Counted from the first letter of the stretch, positions 11,168-22,016 are shown. The stretch: 64,000 nt of DNA from an uncultured Gammaproteobacteria bacterium (GCA_964416445.1 CAYQEE010000002.1:106691-170690), one strand, 5' to 3'. Translations and numbers: made by a program. The notes: generated by a model not told the origin, from the letters alone.

Positions 11168-11239
11168 TACCAGAGGTGGGACTCGAACCCACAACCGCCT
11201 CGTTATGAATGAGGTGCTCCGCCGTTGAGCTACCCTGGC
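11168..11239 (-). tRNA. tRNA-Met (anticodon CAU; elongator Met or Ile2-lysidine type); CCA not encoded
   Basis: The reverse complement folds as acceptor GCCAGGG/CUCUGGU (with 2 GU pairs), D stem GCUC/GAGC, anticodon loop UUCAUAA, T arm GUGGG-UUCGAGU-CCCAC, discriminator A. Confidence 0.8.
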
Positions 11240-11377
11240 AAATCATACAACCTTAGATTTGCCTTTAAGCATCGATATAATTTTAACATATACGCTCTCC
11301 TATTGAAACCTTGTATCTTACAACTGAAAAATCTGAAAAAAAGCGACAATCTTTCATAAATAGTTTACAATTTACCT

Positions 11378-12298
11378 ATGCATAAAATAACTATCATCAG
11401 ATTTGTGCTCTTAATCGTTAGCATCCTTACCGGAAATTTATTCTGGTATATTTTCACAAATAGTCTGCAAACAGAACCGCTCTTAACTAACTCACCCTTA
11501 CGAATAGCTTTTTCACTTCTGCTTCCAATTATTATTTTTGCATTATATCTTCCGAGTATTCTCTGCTATTCTTTCTTTGAAAAATCAAAAACGCTTTTAC
11601 TAATTTTTATCATTCTATCATTCGCCTCTTATCCATTCATTGTTGGATTAAGTCAATTAAGTATTGCTGGACAATTAGTTATCTCGTTAAGCATATATTT
11701 TTTTGTTGAAGTATATCATAAGGCAAAATTTCTAATGAATAAAAAAACTTCATTTATAGGACAATTTTCACTTTCTTTAACTATTACTACATTAACAATT
11801 TCCATTGTTATAGCTATAAATTTTTACTCTACATATAAAAATATCCTTTCACAAAATAACATTCTAATATCTGATAAAATCTTTTCCACAAGCTTACTTC
11901 CTGTTACCCGAGCTTATCTAGATGATTTACAAGTTACCAATATTTCTGAAAAATTTGGTGATTATTTGCTAAAAAGATCTAACCAAACTAATGAACCAAT
12001 TGATAAAATACGAACTAAAATATTATTCATACTAGGATTACCTTCAGTTAGCGATTCAGAGACCATGGGGGTATTAATTGAGACCTCACTTAGGAAAAAT
12101 ATCATCCACATTTTTACAACTTACAGGCGAGAAATTCCTGTTCTCATATCTTTAGGCCTTGGGATTATTACACAAACCCTTCTTACGGTAAGCACCTGTT
12201 TAGCTGGTTTCATTGCTACATCTCTTCTTCAATTTTTCGTCTCCATGCAGCTACTTCATAGACGAAGAGAATTGGTAGAAATAGATTCAATAGAATAA
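11378..12298 (+). CDS. polytopic membrane protein, unknown function
   Basis: 306-aa ORF with multiple hydrophobic segments; no recognisable motif. Confidence 0.45.
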   Translation: MHKITIIRFVLLIVSILTGNLFWYIFTNSLQTEPLLTNSPLRIAFSLLLPIIIFALYLPSILCYSFFEKSKTLLLIFIILSFASYPFIVGLSQLSIAGQLVISLSIYFFVEVYHKAKFLMNKKTSFIGQFSLSLTITTLTISIVIAINFYSTYKNILSQNNILISDKIFSTSLLPVTRAYLDDLQVTNISEKFGDYLLKRSNQTNEPIDKIRTKILFILGLPSVSDSETMGVLIETSLRKNIIHIFTTYRREIPVLISLGLGIITQTLLTVSTCLAGFIATSLLQFFVSMQLLHRRRELVEIDSIE

Positions 12299-12327
12299 CA
12301 GCCCGACTTCCCGAGTTGTTATATGGT

Positions 12328-12344
12328 TCGTACCTCTGGTACGA
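12328..12344. terminator. GC-containing hairpin between convergent genes (possible bidirectional terminator; no clear U-tract)
   Basis: TCGTACC-TCT-GGTACGA perfect 7-bp inverted repeat in the 64-bp convergent gap. Confidence 0.3.
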
Positions 12345-12362
12345 GATCCATGAACATTAAAG

Positions 12363-13091
12363 CTACTTGATATCTATTTCTGGTCTATCCTCTTCATTAT
12401 TTTTGTGGGCTAGAGTATTCTGACTAGTTTTCAAATGAACATCTTGAATATGTTTACTATGCTCGCCTCTTTTACCACCTTTGAAACCAATTGAAGCATA
12501 ATTACCCTGAGCTTGCTCACCATAATTATTTACCGTATCGTTATGAGAATAATAGAGAGGGATGTCTACTGCTTTAATATCCGTTGCATCGTGATCATGT
12601 AAAATTAATTCAACCTCATTTTCTTGTTCATCTAAAGCTGGTATTGCAAGCAGCAATGCCCCCTCCTCAACCCGCTGTTCATAAAGTTGGGCTTCCTTTT
12701 TAGGGATACCAAGACTCATCATTGCTGCAAGAGCTCCTCCTGCTACTGCTCCAGTAACTGCTCCGGAGGCAGTTGCAGCTGCTGCACCAGTTAATCCCAA
12801 CATCGCCGCCAGTGGGCCTGCAATAAGGATACTCCCAATTCCCGGAACTGCTAATGTTCCTATAGCTATTAATAACCCAGCTAACCCACCAACAACAGCT
12901 CCTGTTGTTACTCCTGTAACGGTTGTCCTCCTTATATTTAAGATCTCAGAATTTTTTACTTCTTCTTTATGCAGTATAGGAGCTTTCATAATAATAGAAA
13001 TATTTTTAGTTTTATACCCTGCAGTTTTCAAACACTGAATAGCAAATTGAGCATTCTCTCGGTCGTCAAACACGCCAATTACTGTTTTCAT
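12363..13091 (-). CDS. glycine-zipper membrane protein with stress-protein-like N-terminal domain
   Basis: MKTVIGVFDDRENAQFAIQCLKTAGY N-domain then a Gly/Ala-rich TM zipper. Start chosen at the internal Met (13091); the ORF extends to 13166. Confidence 0.45.
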   Translation of the reverse strand: MKTVIGVFDDRENAQFAIQCLKTAGYKTKNISIIMKAPILHKEEVKNSEILNIRRTTVTGVTTGAVVGGLAGLLIAIGTLAVPGIGSILIAGPLAAMLGLTGAAAATASGAVTGAVAGGALAAMMSLGIPKKEAQLYEQRVEEGALLLAIPALDEQENEVELILHDHDATDIKAVDIPLYYSHNDTVNNYGEQAQGNYASIGFKGGKRGEHSKHIQDVHLKTSQNTLAHKNNEEDRPEIDIK

Positions 13092-13249
13092 TTTATTATC
13101 CTCTTTCATAAAAAGAATAACGAAGAAACGTGATACGTAAATGAGAATGATATAAGAGATAAGCAAGAAGTTAGTTCTTCAAAGCTTGTAATTGTCTAAA
13201 AATAATACCGAAAAATAACTTGTCTTACATACTTTACGAAACGTGAATT

Positions 13250-14731
13250 TTATGAGCCCTTATGATCAATTATTTTAGTAATTTTGCCATTTTTGAGGTA
13301 CATTATATAATTAATACAAGGAATAATCTCATCTTTATTATGAGTGATTAAAATAAGATTGGTACGAGAAGTCATGCCAATTTCATTAATAAAAGCTAAT
13401 ACTCTTTTTTTATTCTCATTATCTAATGCGTTACAAGGTTCATCAAGAATTAATACTTTAGGCTTTTTTAGCATAGCTCGAATAATAAGTACTAATTGTT
13501 TTTGCCCATAGGATAACTCTTGAAATTTACTGGAATATATTTCCTGAATTTTAAAACGTTTTAACCAAAAATTAACTTTTTTTTTCTGTTTATCACTTGT
13601 TCTTTTGTATAATCCTATAGAATCAAAATGTCCTGACAAGATAACATCTGAAACGGTAATACTTTTTTCGTATCGCATCATTGTTAAAGGAGAGACAACG
13701 CTGATAGCTTTCCTTCTTTTTTCTAATGGATTCTTATCTGCCAATTGTAAACCAAATAATGTAATATTATTTGCATAAGCTTGCAATTGTTCACCATAAA
13801 TCAATTGGATTAATGTTGATTTACCTGCCCCGTTTGGACCAAGGACTCCCCAGTTTTCACCTTGTTTCATAGTCCAATTAATATTTTGTAGAATTTTTTT
13901 CTTACCAAATTGCACGGTCACATTATGCATCTGTATTAACATTTCTGGTGTTTTCTTCTTTATAGGTATGTGCTTATGAAGATATATTTGCCCTGTTTTA
14001 TCATAGCTTTGAAATAATTCTGAAAATCCATTTAAAATAGTATTCTTTTCTCCCTGTGCCATTATGGTACAATCCTTCATTAATAAAATATGCGTTATGT
14101 ATTGAGGGATTTCGTTGTATTTATGAACAATTAATATGACATGAATCTTCTTCATAAGAATATTCAACAATTTCATAAGATTCTTTTTTGACATTACATC
14201 TAACCCGTCAAATGGTTCATCGAGAACAAGTAATTCGGGTTTATTTAACAATGCTTTTAAGATAAAAACCTTGCGCATTTCCCCTGAGGATAAATTTGTT
14301 ATTTCTTTATTAAGTAAGTTATCTATTGAGAAAGTATTCCTAAATGCTTTTGTAAGAAAGAACTTACCTAAATATTCTTTTACGCAAACACTTTTTTTTT
14401 CATTACCTATAACGGAATAGCTATCTTTTTGTTTTTCTTCTTTCTGAATTATATTATTTTGTGATTCAAAAGAGAGATATTGAATCGCATCTCTATTTTG
14501 TTGTGGATATAAATATTTTTTCTTAGAAAAATGACAAATAATTTCCCCTTGTTTTGTCGGTAATAATCCAGAAATTGCCTTTGCAAAAACAGATTTGCCT
14601 GAACCGTTAGCTCCATAAATTAACCAATTTTCACCCTTATAGAATGTCCAAGAAGTATTTTCAAAAAAAAACTTTTCTCCTTGTCTTATAGTTACTCGTT
14701 TAACAGACAGAAATGGTTGCTGTATTTTCAT
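13250..14731 (-). CDS. ABC ATPase with two tandem nucleotide-binding domains and no membrane domain (ModF-like)
   Basis: Two Walker A sites (GANGSGKS, GPNGAGKS), two signature-like LSxGxxQ/R motifs, two Walker B LDEP. Confidence 0.7.
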   Translation of the reverse strand: MKIQQPFLSVKRVTIRQGEKFFFENTSWTFYKGENWLIYGANGSGKSVFAKAISGLLPTKQGEIICHFSKKKYLYPQQNRDAIQYLSFESQNNIIQKEEKQKDSYSVIGNEKKSVCVKEYLGKFFLTKAFRNTFSIDNLLNKEITNLSSGEMRKVFILKALLNKPELLVLDEPFDGLDVMSKKNLMKLLNILMKKIHVILIVHKYNEIPQYITHILLMKDCTIMAQGEKNTILNGFSELFQSYDKTGQIYLHKHIPIKKKTPEMLIQMHNVTVQFGKKKILQNINWTMKQGENWGVLGPNGAGKSTLIQLIYGEQLQAYANNITLFGLQLADKNPLEKRRKAISVVSPLTMMRYEKSITVSDVILSGHFDSIGLYKRTSDKQKKKVNFWLKRFKIQEIYSSKFQELSYGQKQLVLIIRAMLKKPKVLILDEPCNALDNENKKRVLAFINEIGMTSRTNLILITHNKDEIIPCINYIMYLKNGKITKIIDHKGS

Positions 14732-14798
14732 AATAATTGGAGTTTTTTTGATACAACTTTTCTTTCTCTATTTATCACCCCTAAGGAAGTAAAGAAAA

Positions 14799-16052
14799 TT
14801 ACGAGTATGCATTAAGTATTTCTTTCGAAATTACAGTGAGACCTGCTAAAACTGAAGCTTCATCTTGGCTATAAGTTATTCGTAGACACTCATCTTTTTG
14901 TTTCCATTTTTCATCGAGTCCTGGATAGAAATATTTCCCTGGAACAACTAATACTCCCTTTGCTTTTAATCGTTGATAAAGTTCATATGAACTTATTGGT
15001 AAATCTTTACACCAAAGCCATAAAAATAAAGCTCCTTCGCTTTTATGTAGGAAATACGGAATAGTACTCCCTTTCATTAACTGATGAAAATGAGCGACAG
15101 CAGTTTCAGACTTTCTTAAATAAAATGGCTTTATGATATTATTACTTATCTCCATAATTTTTCCATTAGTAAACAACGGTAATGTTAAATGCTGTCCAAG
15201 AGTTCCCGTAGAAAGTGACACAATAGCATTAAAGCTTGAAAGATAACTTGTTATTTCTTCGTTTGCAATAACAATTGCTGTACGTGTACTTGGTAAACCA
15301 ATTTTTGATAATGTAAGAACATACACAACATGTTCACTCCAAACTGGAGAAATATCTGTAAAAAGTATATTGGGAAAAGGTGTTCCATACGCGTTATCGA
15401 TAATAAGAGGAATATTATTCGTTTTTGCTAACACATGTAAACGATCCATTTCTGAATCGGTAATCACATTACCTGTAGGATTAGTTGGGCGAGAAACACA
15501 GAGAGCAGCTATATTAGATTGTATCTTGATCTTTTCAAAATTTATATGATATTTAAATGTATGATCATCGAGAAAACTAATAGTTGGTTTCACCGCAGTA
15601 AATAGATTCTCACTAATACCTTGGTCTGCATAACCAATATATTCAGGAACAAGCGGCAATAATATTTTTCTATACTCATCTTCTGATTCGCCAGCAAGCA
15701 TATTGAATAAGTAAAAGAAGGTTGTTTGACTACCATTTATTATGGAGACATTTTTCGAACTTATATTCCATCCATATTGATTATGAAAAAATGTAGCAAT
15801 TGCGTTAATAAACTCATTACTACCTTGTGGAGTCGTATAATTTCCTAGTAATTTTTCAAGTTCACCTTGATTATTTGCTATTTCAGTCCATCTGTCTCTC
15901 CATATTGATTCTACAGCTGGAATATGAGCAGGATTTCCTCCGCCTAACATAAGCATCTTTTGTTGCCCATCCAATGCTTGCCCAAGATCGTCCATTAACT
16001 CCAAAATACCTGTTTTTCTAGTAAGTTTTTTCCCAAAATTTGATAATTTCAT
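14799..16052 (-). CDS. avtA: valine--pyruvate aminotransferase-like class I aminotransferase
   Basis: N-terminus LSNFGKKLTRKTGILELMDDLG...MLGGGNPAHIP closely resembles the AvtA family. Sits at the end of the ilv operon. Confidence 0.6.
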   Translation of the reverse strand: MKLSNFGKKLTRKTGILELMDDLGQALDGQQKMLMLGGGNPAHIPAVESIWRDRWTEIANNQGELEKLLGNYTTPQGSNEFINAIATFFHNQYGWNISSKNVSIINGSQTTFFYLFNMLAGESEDEYRKILLPLVPEYIGYADQGISENLFTAVKPTISFLDDHTFKYHINFEKIKIQSNIAALCVSRPTNPTGNVITDSEMDRLHVLAKTNNIPLIIDNAYGTPFPNILFTDISPVWSEHVVYVLTLSKIGLPSTRTAIVIANEEITSYLSSFNAIVSLSTGTLGQHLTLPLFTNGKIMEISNNIIKPFYLRKSETAVAHFHQLMKGSTIPYFLHKSEGALFLWLWCKDLPISSYELYQRLKAKGVLVVPGKYFYPGLDEKWKQKDECLRITYSQDEASVLAGLTVISKEILNAYS

Positions 16053-16083
16053 AGCTAATTTTTTCTCGTAGTAAGTAGCCTAC

Positions 16084-17844
16084 TTATGAAGTAACTGCTC
16101 CTTCTGAAGCATTCGATACTAATTTTGCATATTTTGCTAAAATTCCTCGTTTATATCGAGAAGTTGGTGCTTTCCATTTTGCTCGTCTATCTGAAATTTC
16201 TTTATCTGTTACTAAAAGGTTCATTGTTTTAGTTTTTAAACTAATTTCTATATTATCCCCATCTTGAACAAGAGCAATGAGACCTCCTTCTTGAGCCTCG
16301 GGAGTTACATGGCCAATCATGTATCCGTGGGTTCCTCCTGAAAAACGTCCATCAGTAACAAGAGCAACATCCTTTCCTAATCCTGCCCCCATAAGTGCTG
16401 CTGATGGAGAAAGCATTTCTCTCATACCGGGACCTCCTTTGGGACCTTCATAACGAATGAATATTACATCCCCCTTATTAATTTTGCCATTCAAAATTGC
16501 ATCTAGTGCCTCTTCCTCTCTATTGAACACTCTTGCTATACCTTTATGAAGTTCAATTTCCTTACCTGAAAGTTTCATCACGGCACCACCTGAAGCTAAA
16601 TTACCCCTCATAATAACAATATGGTGACCTGCAGGTGCGAGGGGTTTTTGGACTGAATAGATAATATTCTGATCCTTTGGTAAAAGAGGAGCGTCTTTTA
16701 CATTTTCTCCGAGCGTTTTCCCTGTTACGGTAAGGCAATCTCCATGAAGTAATCCAGCATCAAGTAAATGCTTCATTACCATCGTAGATCCACCAATATT
16801 AAAGAGATCTTCCATTACATATTTTCCGGATGGTTTAAAATTACCAATAAGAGGGGTTTTCTCACCAATTCTTTCAAAATCATCCAGCGTAAGTTTTACA
16901 TTTGCTTCATGAGCAAGCGATAATAAGTGAAGAACAGCATTTGTAGAACCATTTAATGCCATAACAATAGTAATTGCGTTTTCAAATGCTTCTCGCGTCA
17001 TTATATCCCTCGCACGAATACCTTTTTTGAGTAAATTAAATAACGCTTTTACTGAATTAATACAATCTTGACGCTTATAGACTGAAATATTGTTATGAAT
17101 ATCAACTGCGGGATGAGATGAACTTCCCGGCACACTCATGCCTAATGCTTCAATTGCTAATGCCATGGTATTTGCAGTGTACATACCACCACATGATCCA
17201 TTTCCAGGACAAGCATGACACTCAATTTCATGAAGTTCCTTCTCATCCATTTTTCCCGCAGCATATGAACCTACCGCTTCAAAGAGACTGACAATAGTTA
17301 AGTCTTCCCCTTTATATTTTCCTGGTAGAATCGTTCCACCATAAAGTGTCAATCCAATGCTGTTATTCCTAGCTAAAGGAATTAATGCAGCAGGAATTGT
17401 TTTATCGCAACCACTAAGAGTTAATGCTCCATCTGCCGCGTATGCTTCATGCATTGCTTCTATACAATCAGCAATAAGTTCTCGAGAAACTAATGAGTAC
17501 TTCATTCCTTCAGTTCCCATCGTCTCTCCATCAGTAATTACTGGAGTACCAAAAATAATAGGCTTACCATTATTCTTGTCTATTTCTTCACATATTATTT
17601 TTCCTAAAGTTTGGATATGGGCGTTACAAGGAGTAATGTTTGTATAAGGACAGGCAACTGTCACCAATGGTTTTTCAAAATCCTCATCAGTATAACCAAC
17701 AGCTCTCATCATCGCTCTCGCGGGTGCTCGTCTTACCCAATCATCACTTTCTCGATTTCCAGTTAACTGATGACTTCTCTGCTTAAGAGATCGTGAGGTA
17801 TTTGTACATTCACAATTATCACATGAACAATTCGTTTTATTCAT
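16084..17844 (-). CDS. ilvD: dihydroxy-acid dehydratase
   Basis: [16 protein letters not shown] Fe-S motif and overall ILVD/EDD pattern. Confidence 0.9.
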   Translation of the reverse strand: MNKTNCSCDNCECTNTSRSLKQRSHQLTGNRESDDWVRRAPARAMMRAVGYTDEDFEKPLVTVACPYTNITPCNAHIQTLGKIICEEIDKNNGKPIIFGTPVITDGETMGTEGMKYSLVSRELIADCIEAMHEAYAADGALTLSGCDKTIPAALIPLARNNSIGLTLYGGTILPGKYKGEDLTIVSLFEAVGSYAAGKMDEKELHEIECHACPGNGSCGGMYTANTMALAIEALGMSVPGSSSHPAVDIHNNISVYKRQDCINSVKALFNLLKKGIRARDIMTREAFENAITIVMALNGSTNAVLHLLSLAHEANVKLTLDDFERIGEKTPLIGNFKPSGKYVMEDLFNIGGSTMVMKHLLDAGLLHGDCLTVTGKTLGENVKDAPLLPKDQNIIYSVQKPLAPAGHHIVIMRGNLASGGAVMKLSGKEIELHKGIARVFNREEEALDAILNGKINKGDVIFIRYEGPKGGPGMREMLSPSAALMGAGLGKDVALVTDGRFSGGTHGYMIGHVTPEAQEGGLIALVQDGDNIEISLKTKTMNLLVTDKEISDRRAKWKAPTSRYKRGILAKYAKLVSNASEGAVTS

Positions 17845-17854
17845 ACGTAAGTAA

Positions 17855-19099
17855 TTATATCAAATAATCATATAGCAACTCTTCGCTAGACAATATTCGA
17901 AAATTTAGTTCCGCTTTCTTCATTCGTTCTAAAAGTGGTTGTAAATCTTTTTTATCACGAAGTTCGATACCAACGAGTGCAGCACCTTTCTCTTTGTTTG
18001 TTTTTTTCATATATTCAAATCGAACAATATCATCTGTTGGGCCGAGTGCACTATCTACAAACTTTCGTAATTGTCCTGGCTTTTGGGTAAATTGAATGAT
18101 AATATAATGCTTTCGTCCCTGGTAAACCAGACTTCGTTCCATAATATCTGGATATCGAAGAATGTCATTGTTTCCTCCACTCAATATACAGACAACAGTT
18201 TTACCGATAATTTCTTTTGAAACAGCGTCAAGTGCAGAAACAGAAAGTGCACCGGCAGGTTCAGCAATGATTCCTTCATTTTGGTAAAGTTCTATCATTG
18301 TTGTACAATCTTTACCCTCAGGAATTAACACAATTTGCTTAACATTATTTTTACAAATAAGAAAAGTACTCTTACCAACAGTTTGAACTGCAGCTCCATC
18401 GACAAAAGTATCTATTTTTTGAAGTGTTATGATTTTGTCTTGCTTAATAGATTCGTACATACTTGGTGACCCTAAAGGTTCAGCTCCAATAATCATAATT
18501 TTATTATTTTTTTGTTTGAGATACGAAGAAATTCCAGAAATTAATCCTCCACCTCCTATTGCAGCAATAACAATATCAACATTTCCTTTCAATTCATCAT
18601 AAACTTCTTTGCCGACTGTACCTTGCCCAGAAATTGTCAAAAAATCATCAAAAGGATGAACATATATCGCATTTTTTTCTTTACAATAGTTTTTAGCTGC
18701 CTTACTTGATTCATCATAGGTATTTCCCACGAGACGAACCTCTGTATATTTTCCCCCAAAGTGTTTTACTTTCTCAATTTTTTGATTAGGAGTAACAATT
18801 GGCATAAAGATCACTCCTTTTATTCGCAGTTCAGAACAACTAAAGGCTACACCTTGTGCATGATTTCCCGCGCTTGCACAGACAACTCCCCTGCTTCGTT
18901 CTTCTGAGGTTAATGTCGCCATTTTGTTATAAGCACCTCGTATTTTAAAGGATCGAACTTCTTGTAAATCTTCCCTCTTTATATAAATTTTCGCATTATA
19001 CTTTTGAGAAAGTCTCTTTGAGAATTGTAAAGGAGTCTTTGCAATAACTTTTTCAAGTCTTTTTGCTGCTTCATCAATCTGTTTAATAGTTATTAACAT
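17855..19099 (-). CDS. ilvA: threonine ammonia-lyase (biosynthetic threonine dehydratase)
   Basis: PLP fold SFKIRGA, GNHAQG and GGGGL motifs, with a C-terminal regulatory-like domain. Confidence 0.85.
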   Translation of the reverse strand: MLITIKQIDEAAKRLEKVIAKTPLQFSKRLSQKYNAKIYIKREDLQEVRSFKIRGAYNKMATLTSEERSRGVVCASAGNHAQGVAFSCSELRIKGVIFMPIVTPNQKIEKVKHFGGKYTEVRLVGNTYDESSKAAKNYCKEKNAIYVHPFDDFLTISGQGTVGKEVYDELKGNVDIVIAAIGGGGLISGISSYLKQKNNKIMIIGAEPLGSPSMYESIKQDKIITLQKIDTFVDGAAVQTVGKSTFLICKNNVKQIVLIPEGKDCTTMIELYQNEGIIAEPAGALSVSALDAVSKEIIGKTVVCILSGGNNDILRYPDIMERSLVYQGRKHYIIIQFTQKPGQLRKFVDSALGPTDDIVRFEYMKKTNKEKGAALVGIELRDKKDLQPLLERMKKAELNFRILSSEELLYDYLI

Positions 19100-19110
19100 A
19101 ATTTAATATT

Positions 19111-19157
19111 AAAAAACCCGCATTTCGCGGGAATCTGTTTTTACGAAATCAGATTCC
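19111..19157 (-). promoter_or_regulatory. ilvA attenuator: antiterminator GGAAUCUG/CAGAUUCC and intrinsic terminator CCCGCGAAAUGCGGG-U6, ending 12 nt before the ilvA ATG
   Basis: Read on the minus strand. The hairpin plus U6 directly precedes the start codon, and its 5' arm overlaps an alternative 8-bp helix with the region just after the leader stop codon. Confidence 0.6.
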
Positions 19158-19158
19158 G

Positions 19159-19209
19159 CTACATACGGTTACTAATTGCAATAATTGAAATTTGTTTTAC
19201 GTTTCTCAT
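19159..19209 (-). CDS. Ile-rich leader peptide MRNVKQISIIAISNRM (ilvA leader, 16 aa)
   Basis: ATG begins 17 nt after the ilvC stop. Four Ile within ISIIAI. The stop is followed immediately by the antiterminator/terminator. Confidence 0.6.
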   Translation of the reverse strand: MRNVKQISIIAISNRM

Positions 19210-19225
19210 TTTAAATACACTGTTA

Positions 19226-20275
19226 TTATTTTTGGTTTTCTGGCCTCAATTCACGAACTTTTCTTCCAGTTGTCCACATCTCACTATTTTTTATAGCAAC
19301 TAATTCCTGTTGTAATTTCTCCCGATAATCAGGTTTACTGTTGGCTACAATTGTAATTTCAGCTTCGTTTCCACTTTTAACGCTTTGATATAAATCTTCA
19401 AATACTGGTTCTACTGCTTTTCGAAATTTATCTTTCCAATCAAGCGCACCTCGCTGAGCCGTCGTAGAACAATTAGCAAACATCCAATCCATTCCATTTT
19501 CACCAATAAGGGGGTATAAACTTTGCGTTGCCTCCTCTACTGTTTCATTAAAAGCTTCCGATGGGCTATGACCATGTTTTCGCAATAAATTATATTGTGC
19601 TTCCATTAAACCAGCGATTGCACCCATTAATACACCTCTTTCCCCAGTCAAATCGCTATAGACTTCCTTCTCCAAAGTTGTTGGAAAAAGAAAACCAGAA
19701 CCCACACCAATCCCCATTGCTTTTACGACATCGTGCGCACGTCCGGATGGATCTTGATACACGGCATAACTAGAATTTATTCCTTTCCCTTCCAAAAAAT
19801 GTTTCCGTACTGTTCTTCCTGATCCCTTTGGAGCAATAAGAATTACATCGACATCCTTTGGAGGAATTATTTTTGTTTTTTTAGAAAATGTGACACCAAA
19901 CCCGTGAGAAAAATAAAGAGTTTTCCCTCTTGTTAAATTCTTTTTTATTGTCGGCCATAGAGCAATCTGTGCAGCATCTGAAAGTAAAAAACAGATAATT
20001 GTTCCTTTTTTAACTGCTTCTTCAATTGAAAATAATGTTTTGCCTTCAACCCAACCATCTGCCTGCGCTTTTGTATATGTATTTGACGGTTTTCGCTGAC
20101 CAACAATAACATTAAATCCATTATCTCGCATATTTAATGCTTGTGCTGGACCTTGAACACCATATCCAATAACGGCAATAACATCATTCTTTAATACCTC
20201 TCGGGCTTTTTCTAAAGGAAATTCATCTCGCGTTACAACTTCCTCTTGATACCCACCAAAATTCATTTTTGCCAT
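19226..20275 (-). CDS. ilvC: ketol-acid reductoisomerase
   Basis: MAKMNFGG...VIGYGVQGPAQALN Rossmann N-terminus; the ORF track extends upstream to 20320. Confidence 0.9.
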   Translation of the reverse strand: MAKMNFGGYQEEVVTRDEFPLEKAREVLKNDVIAVIGYGVQGPAQALNMRDNGFNVIVGQRKPSNTYTKAQADGWVEGKTLFSIEEAVKKGTIICFLLSDAAQIALWPTIKKNLTRGKTLYFSHGFGVTFSKKTKIIPPKDVDVILIAPKGSGRTVRKHFLEGKGINSSYAVYQDPSGRAHDVVKAMGIGVGSGFLFPTTLEKEVYSDLTGERGVLMGAIAGLMEAQYNLLRKHGHSPSEAFNETVEEATQSLYPLIGENGMDWMFANCSTTAQRGALDWKDKFRKAVEPVFEDLYQSVKSGNEAEITIVANSKPDYREKLQQELVAIKNSEMWTTGRKVRELRPENQK

Positions 20276-20325
20276 AAATTTATTACAAGTAAGTATATAC
20301 AAATCCTTATACCAATGCAAGCTAT

Positions 20326-22014
20326 TTATACATACTTATCAATATATTCCACTAATCTCTTTAGCCCTTCGCGTAATTTGTCCTCGTCTAATCCGTATGA
20401 TATACGAATGTGACTTTCTCCACCTAAGCCAAAAGCGCTTCCAGGGACAATTGCAACTTTTGCCTCATGAATAAGTCGTACTGCTAAATCATAATCATCA
20501 ATATTCCCTTCAACTTTTGCAAATGCATAATAAGCTCCTTCCGGAGTTACTAATTTTATTTTTTGAGATTTGTTCAACACTTCAACAACTACTGCACGTC
20601 TTTTTTCAAATGCTTCTTTATACTGAGCTACCATTGTTTGCTTGCCTTTTATTGCAGCAAGTGCGGCATATTGAGATACTGCAGTTGGACAAGTAACTAA
20701 TGAATCATGTATTTTAAATATTTGAGTAATAAGTTTTTTATTGGCAATAATATATCCAATTCTCCACCCTGTCATAGCATACGACTTAGATACGCCAAAA
20801 ATTGAAATGACACGATCACTTACTTCTTTAAAACTACCTATGCTAATATGCTTTTTGCTATCAAAAGTAAAATATTCATAAATCTCATCCGATATGATAA
20901 ATAAGTTATATTGTATCGCGATACGAGCTATCTGCTGTAGCTCATCATATGTATATACTTTTCCTGTCGGATTGCATGGATTACAAACAAGAATTGCTTT
21001 TGTTTGTTGAGTTATAGCTCCTTCAACTTTTGATGAATCAAAAATCCACCCATTTTCTGTCTCTGTTAATGGAACAAAAATTGGCCTACCTCCGTGACGA
21101 GCAATTCTTGTTTGTGTAATATGCGACGCATAATCAGGCGTTAAGACAATAATTTCATCATTTGGATTTAACAGCGCAATAAAAGTTGCCATAAGTGCTT
21201 CAATAGCACCATGTGTTACAAGAACTTGGTCTTTTGAAACAATAATTTTATTATCCTTTCTGACTTTTGTAACAATTGCTTCTCGCAGCGCGTCGATTCC
21301 ATAACCAGAAGTATATTTATCTGTTTTTCCCGACTTTATTGCTTCTATAGCAGCTTCTTTGATAGAGTCATCAGTATTGAATGACGGAATACCTTGTGCA
21401 AGAGAAATAACGTCTTCTTGGGATTCCGCCATTAATTGCAATCGTTTAATAGCTGATACTTCAATTGAAGAAGCCACATATGATGGCTCTTTAACAACAT
21501 CCGAAAACTTGCCAGTATACGCATTACCTTCTTTTGTTAAGGCAATTCTGCCTGAACGCACGTATTCTTTAATTCCAAACGGTTTCAGTAGAGAATATAA
21601 TGAATTAATCTCTTCTTCGGAACCAGATTTTTCAATCGTAACAAAATCACTCCCGACATAAACAATTTTTGCTCGAAACAAATAAACAAGATCTTCTACT
21701 TCCCTTCTTTGATCGGGATTTTTTGTTGCTACTTTTATAAGTGAGATTTCTTTGAATAAAAGCTCCTCATCTGTTTTTTCAAACACTTTAACAACTTCGA
21801 TAATTCTATAAAGTTGTTTTACTATTTTTTCGATTATATGTGAGTCCGTTTTAACAACTACAGTAAACCGCGAAAGACCTTTTGTTTCAATTTCTGAAAC
21901 TGTTAAACTTTCAATATTAATTTTCCGTCGGAGGAATAAATCCGCAATTCGATAAAGCACACCGGGTTTATTATCGGTAAAAATAATGATTGTATATTGT
22001 TTTATATTTTTCAT
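20326..22014 (-). CDS. ilvH: fusion protein: acetolactate synthase small/regulatory subunit (ACT plus ALS_ss_C, about aa 1-175) joined in frame to a class I (aspartate/aromatic-type) aminotransferase (about aa 190-562)
   Basis: N-terminus IIIFTDNKPGVLYRIADLFLRRKINIESL (IlvH ACT). C-part AQGIPSF...YTSGYG...GWRIGY fold-type I PLP aminotransferase. Single uninterrupted 562-aa ORF. Confidence 0.7.
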   Translation of the reverse strand: MKNIKQYTIIIFTDNKPGVLYRIADLFLRRKINIESLTVSEIETKGLSRFTVVVKTDSHIIEKIVKQLYRIIEVVKVFEKTDEELLFKEISLIKVATKNPDQRREVEDLVYLFRAKIVYVGSDFVTIEKSGSEEEINSLYSLLKPFGIKEYVRSGRIALTKEGNAYTGKFSDVVKEPSYVASSIEVSAIKRLQLMAESQEDVISLAQGIPSFNTDDSIKEAAIEAIKSGKTDKYTSGYGIDALREAIVTKVRKDNKIIVSKDQVLVTHGAIEALMATFIALLNPNDEIIVLTPDYASHITQTRIARHGGRPIFVPLTETENGWIFDSSKVEGAITQQTKAILVCNPCNPTGKVYTYDELQQIARIAIQYNLFIISDEIYEYFTFDSKKHISIGSFKEVSDRVISIFGVSKSYAMTGWRIGYIIANKKLITQIFKIHDSLVTCPTAVSQYAALAAIKGKQTMVAQYKEAFEKRRAVVVEVLNKSQKIKLVTPEGAYYAFAKVEGNIDDYDLAVRLIHEAKVAIVPGSAFGLGGESHIRISYGLDEDKLREGLKRLVEYIDKYV

Positions 22015-22016
22015 AC

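Noticed and set aside
11240-11377. Promoters for tRNA-Met (minus) and the membrane-protein gene (plus) in the divergent gap
   Set aside because: Candidate hexamers (TATGAT 2 nt before the tRNA 5' end; TACAAT 6 nt before the ATG) have poor -35 partners or implausible spacing. Not reported as features.
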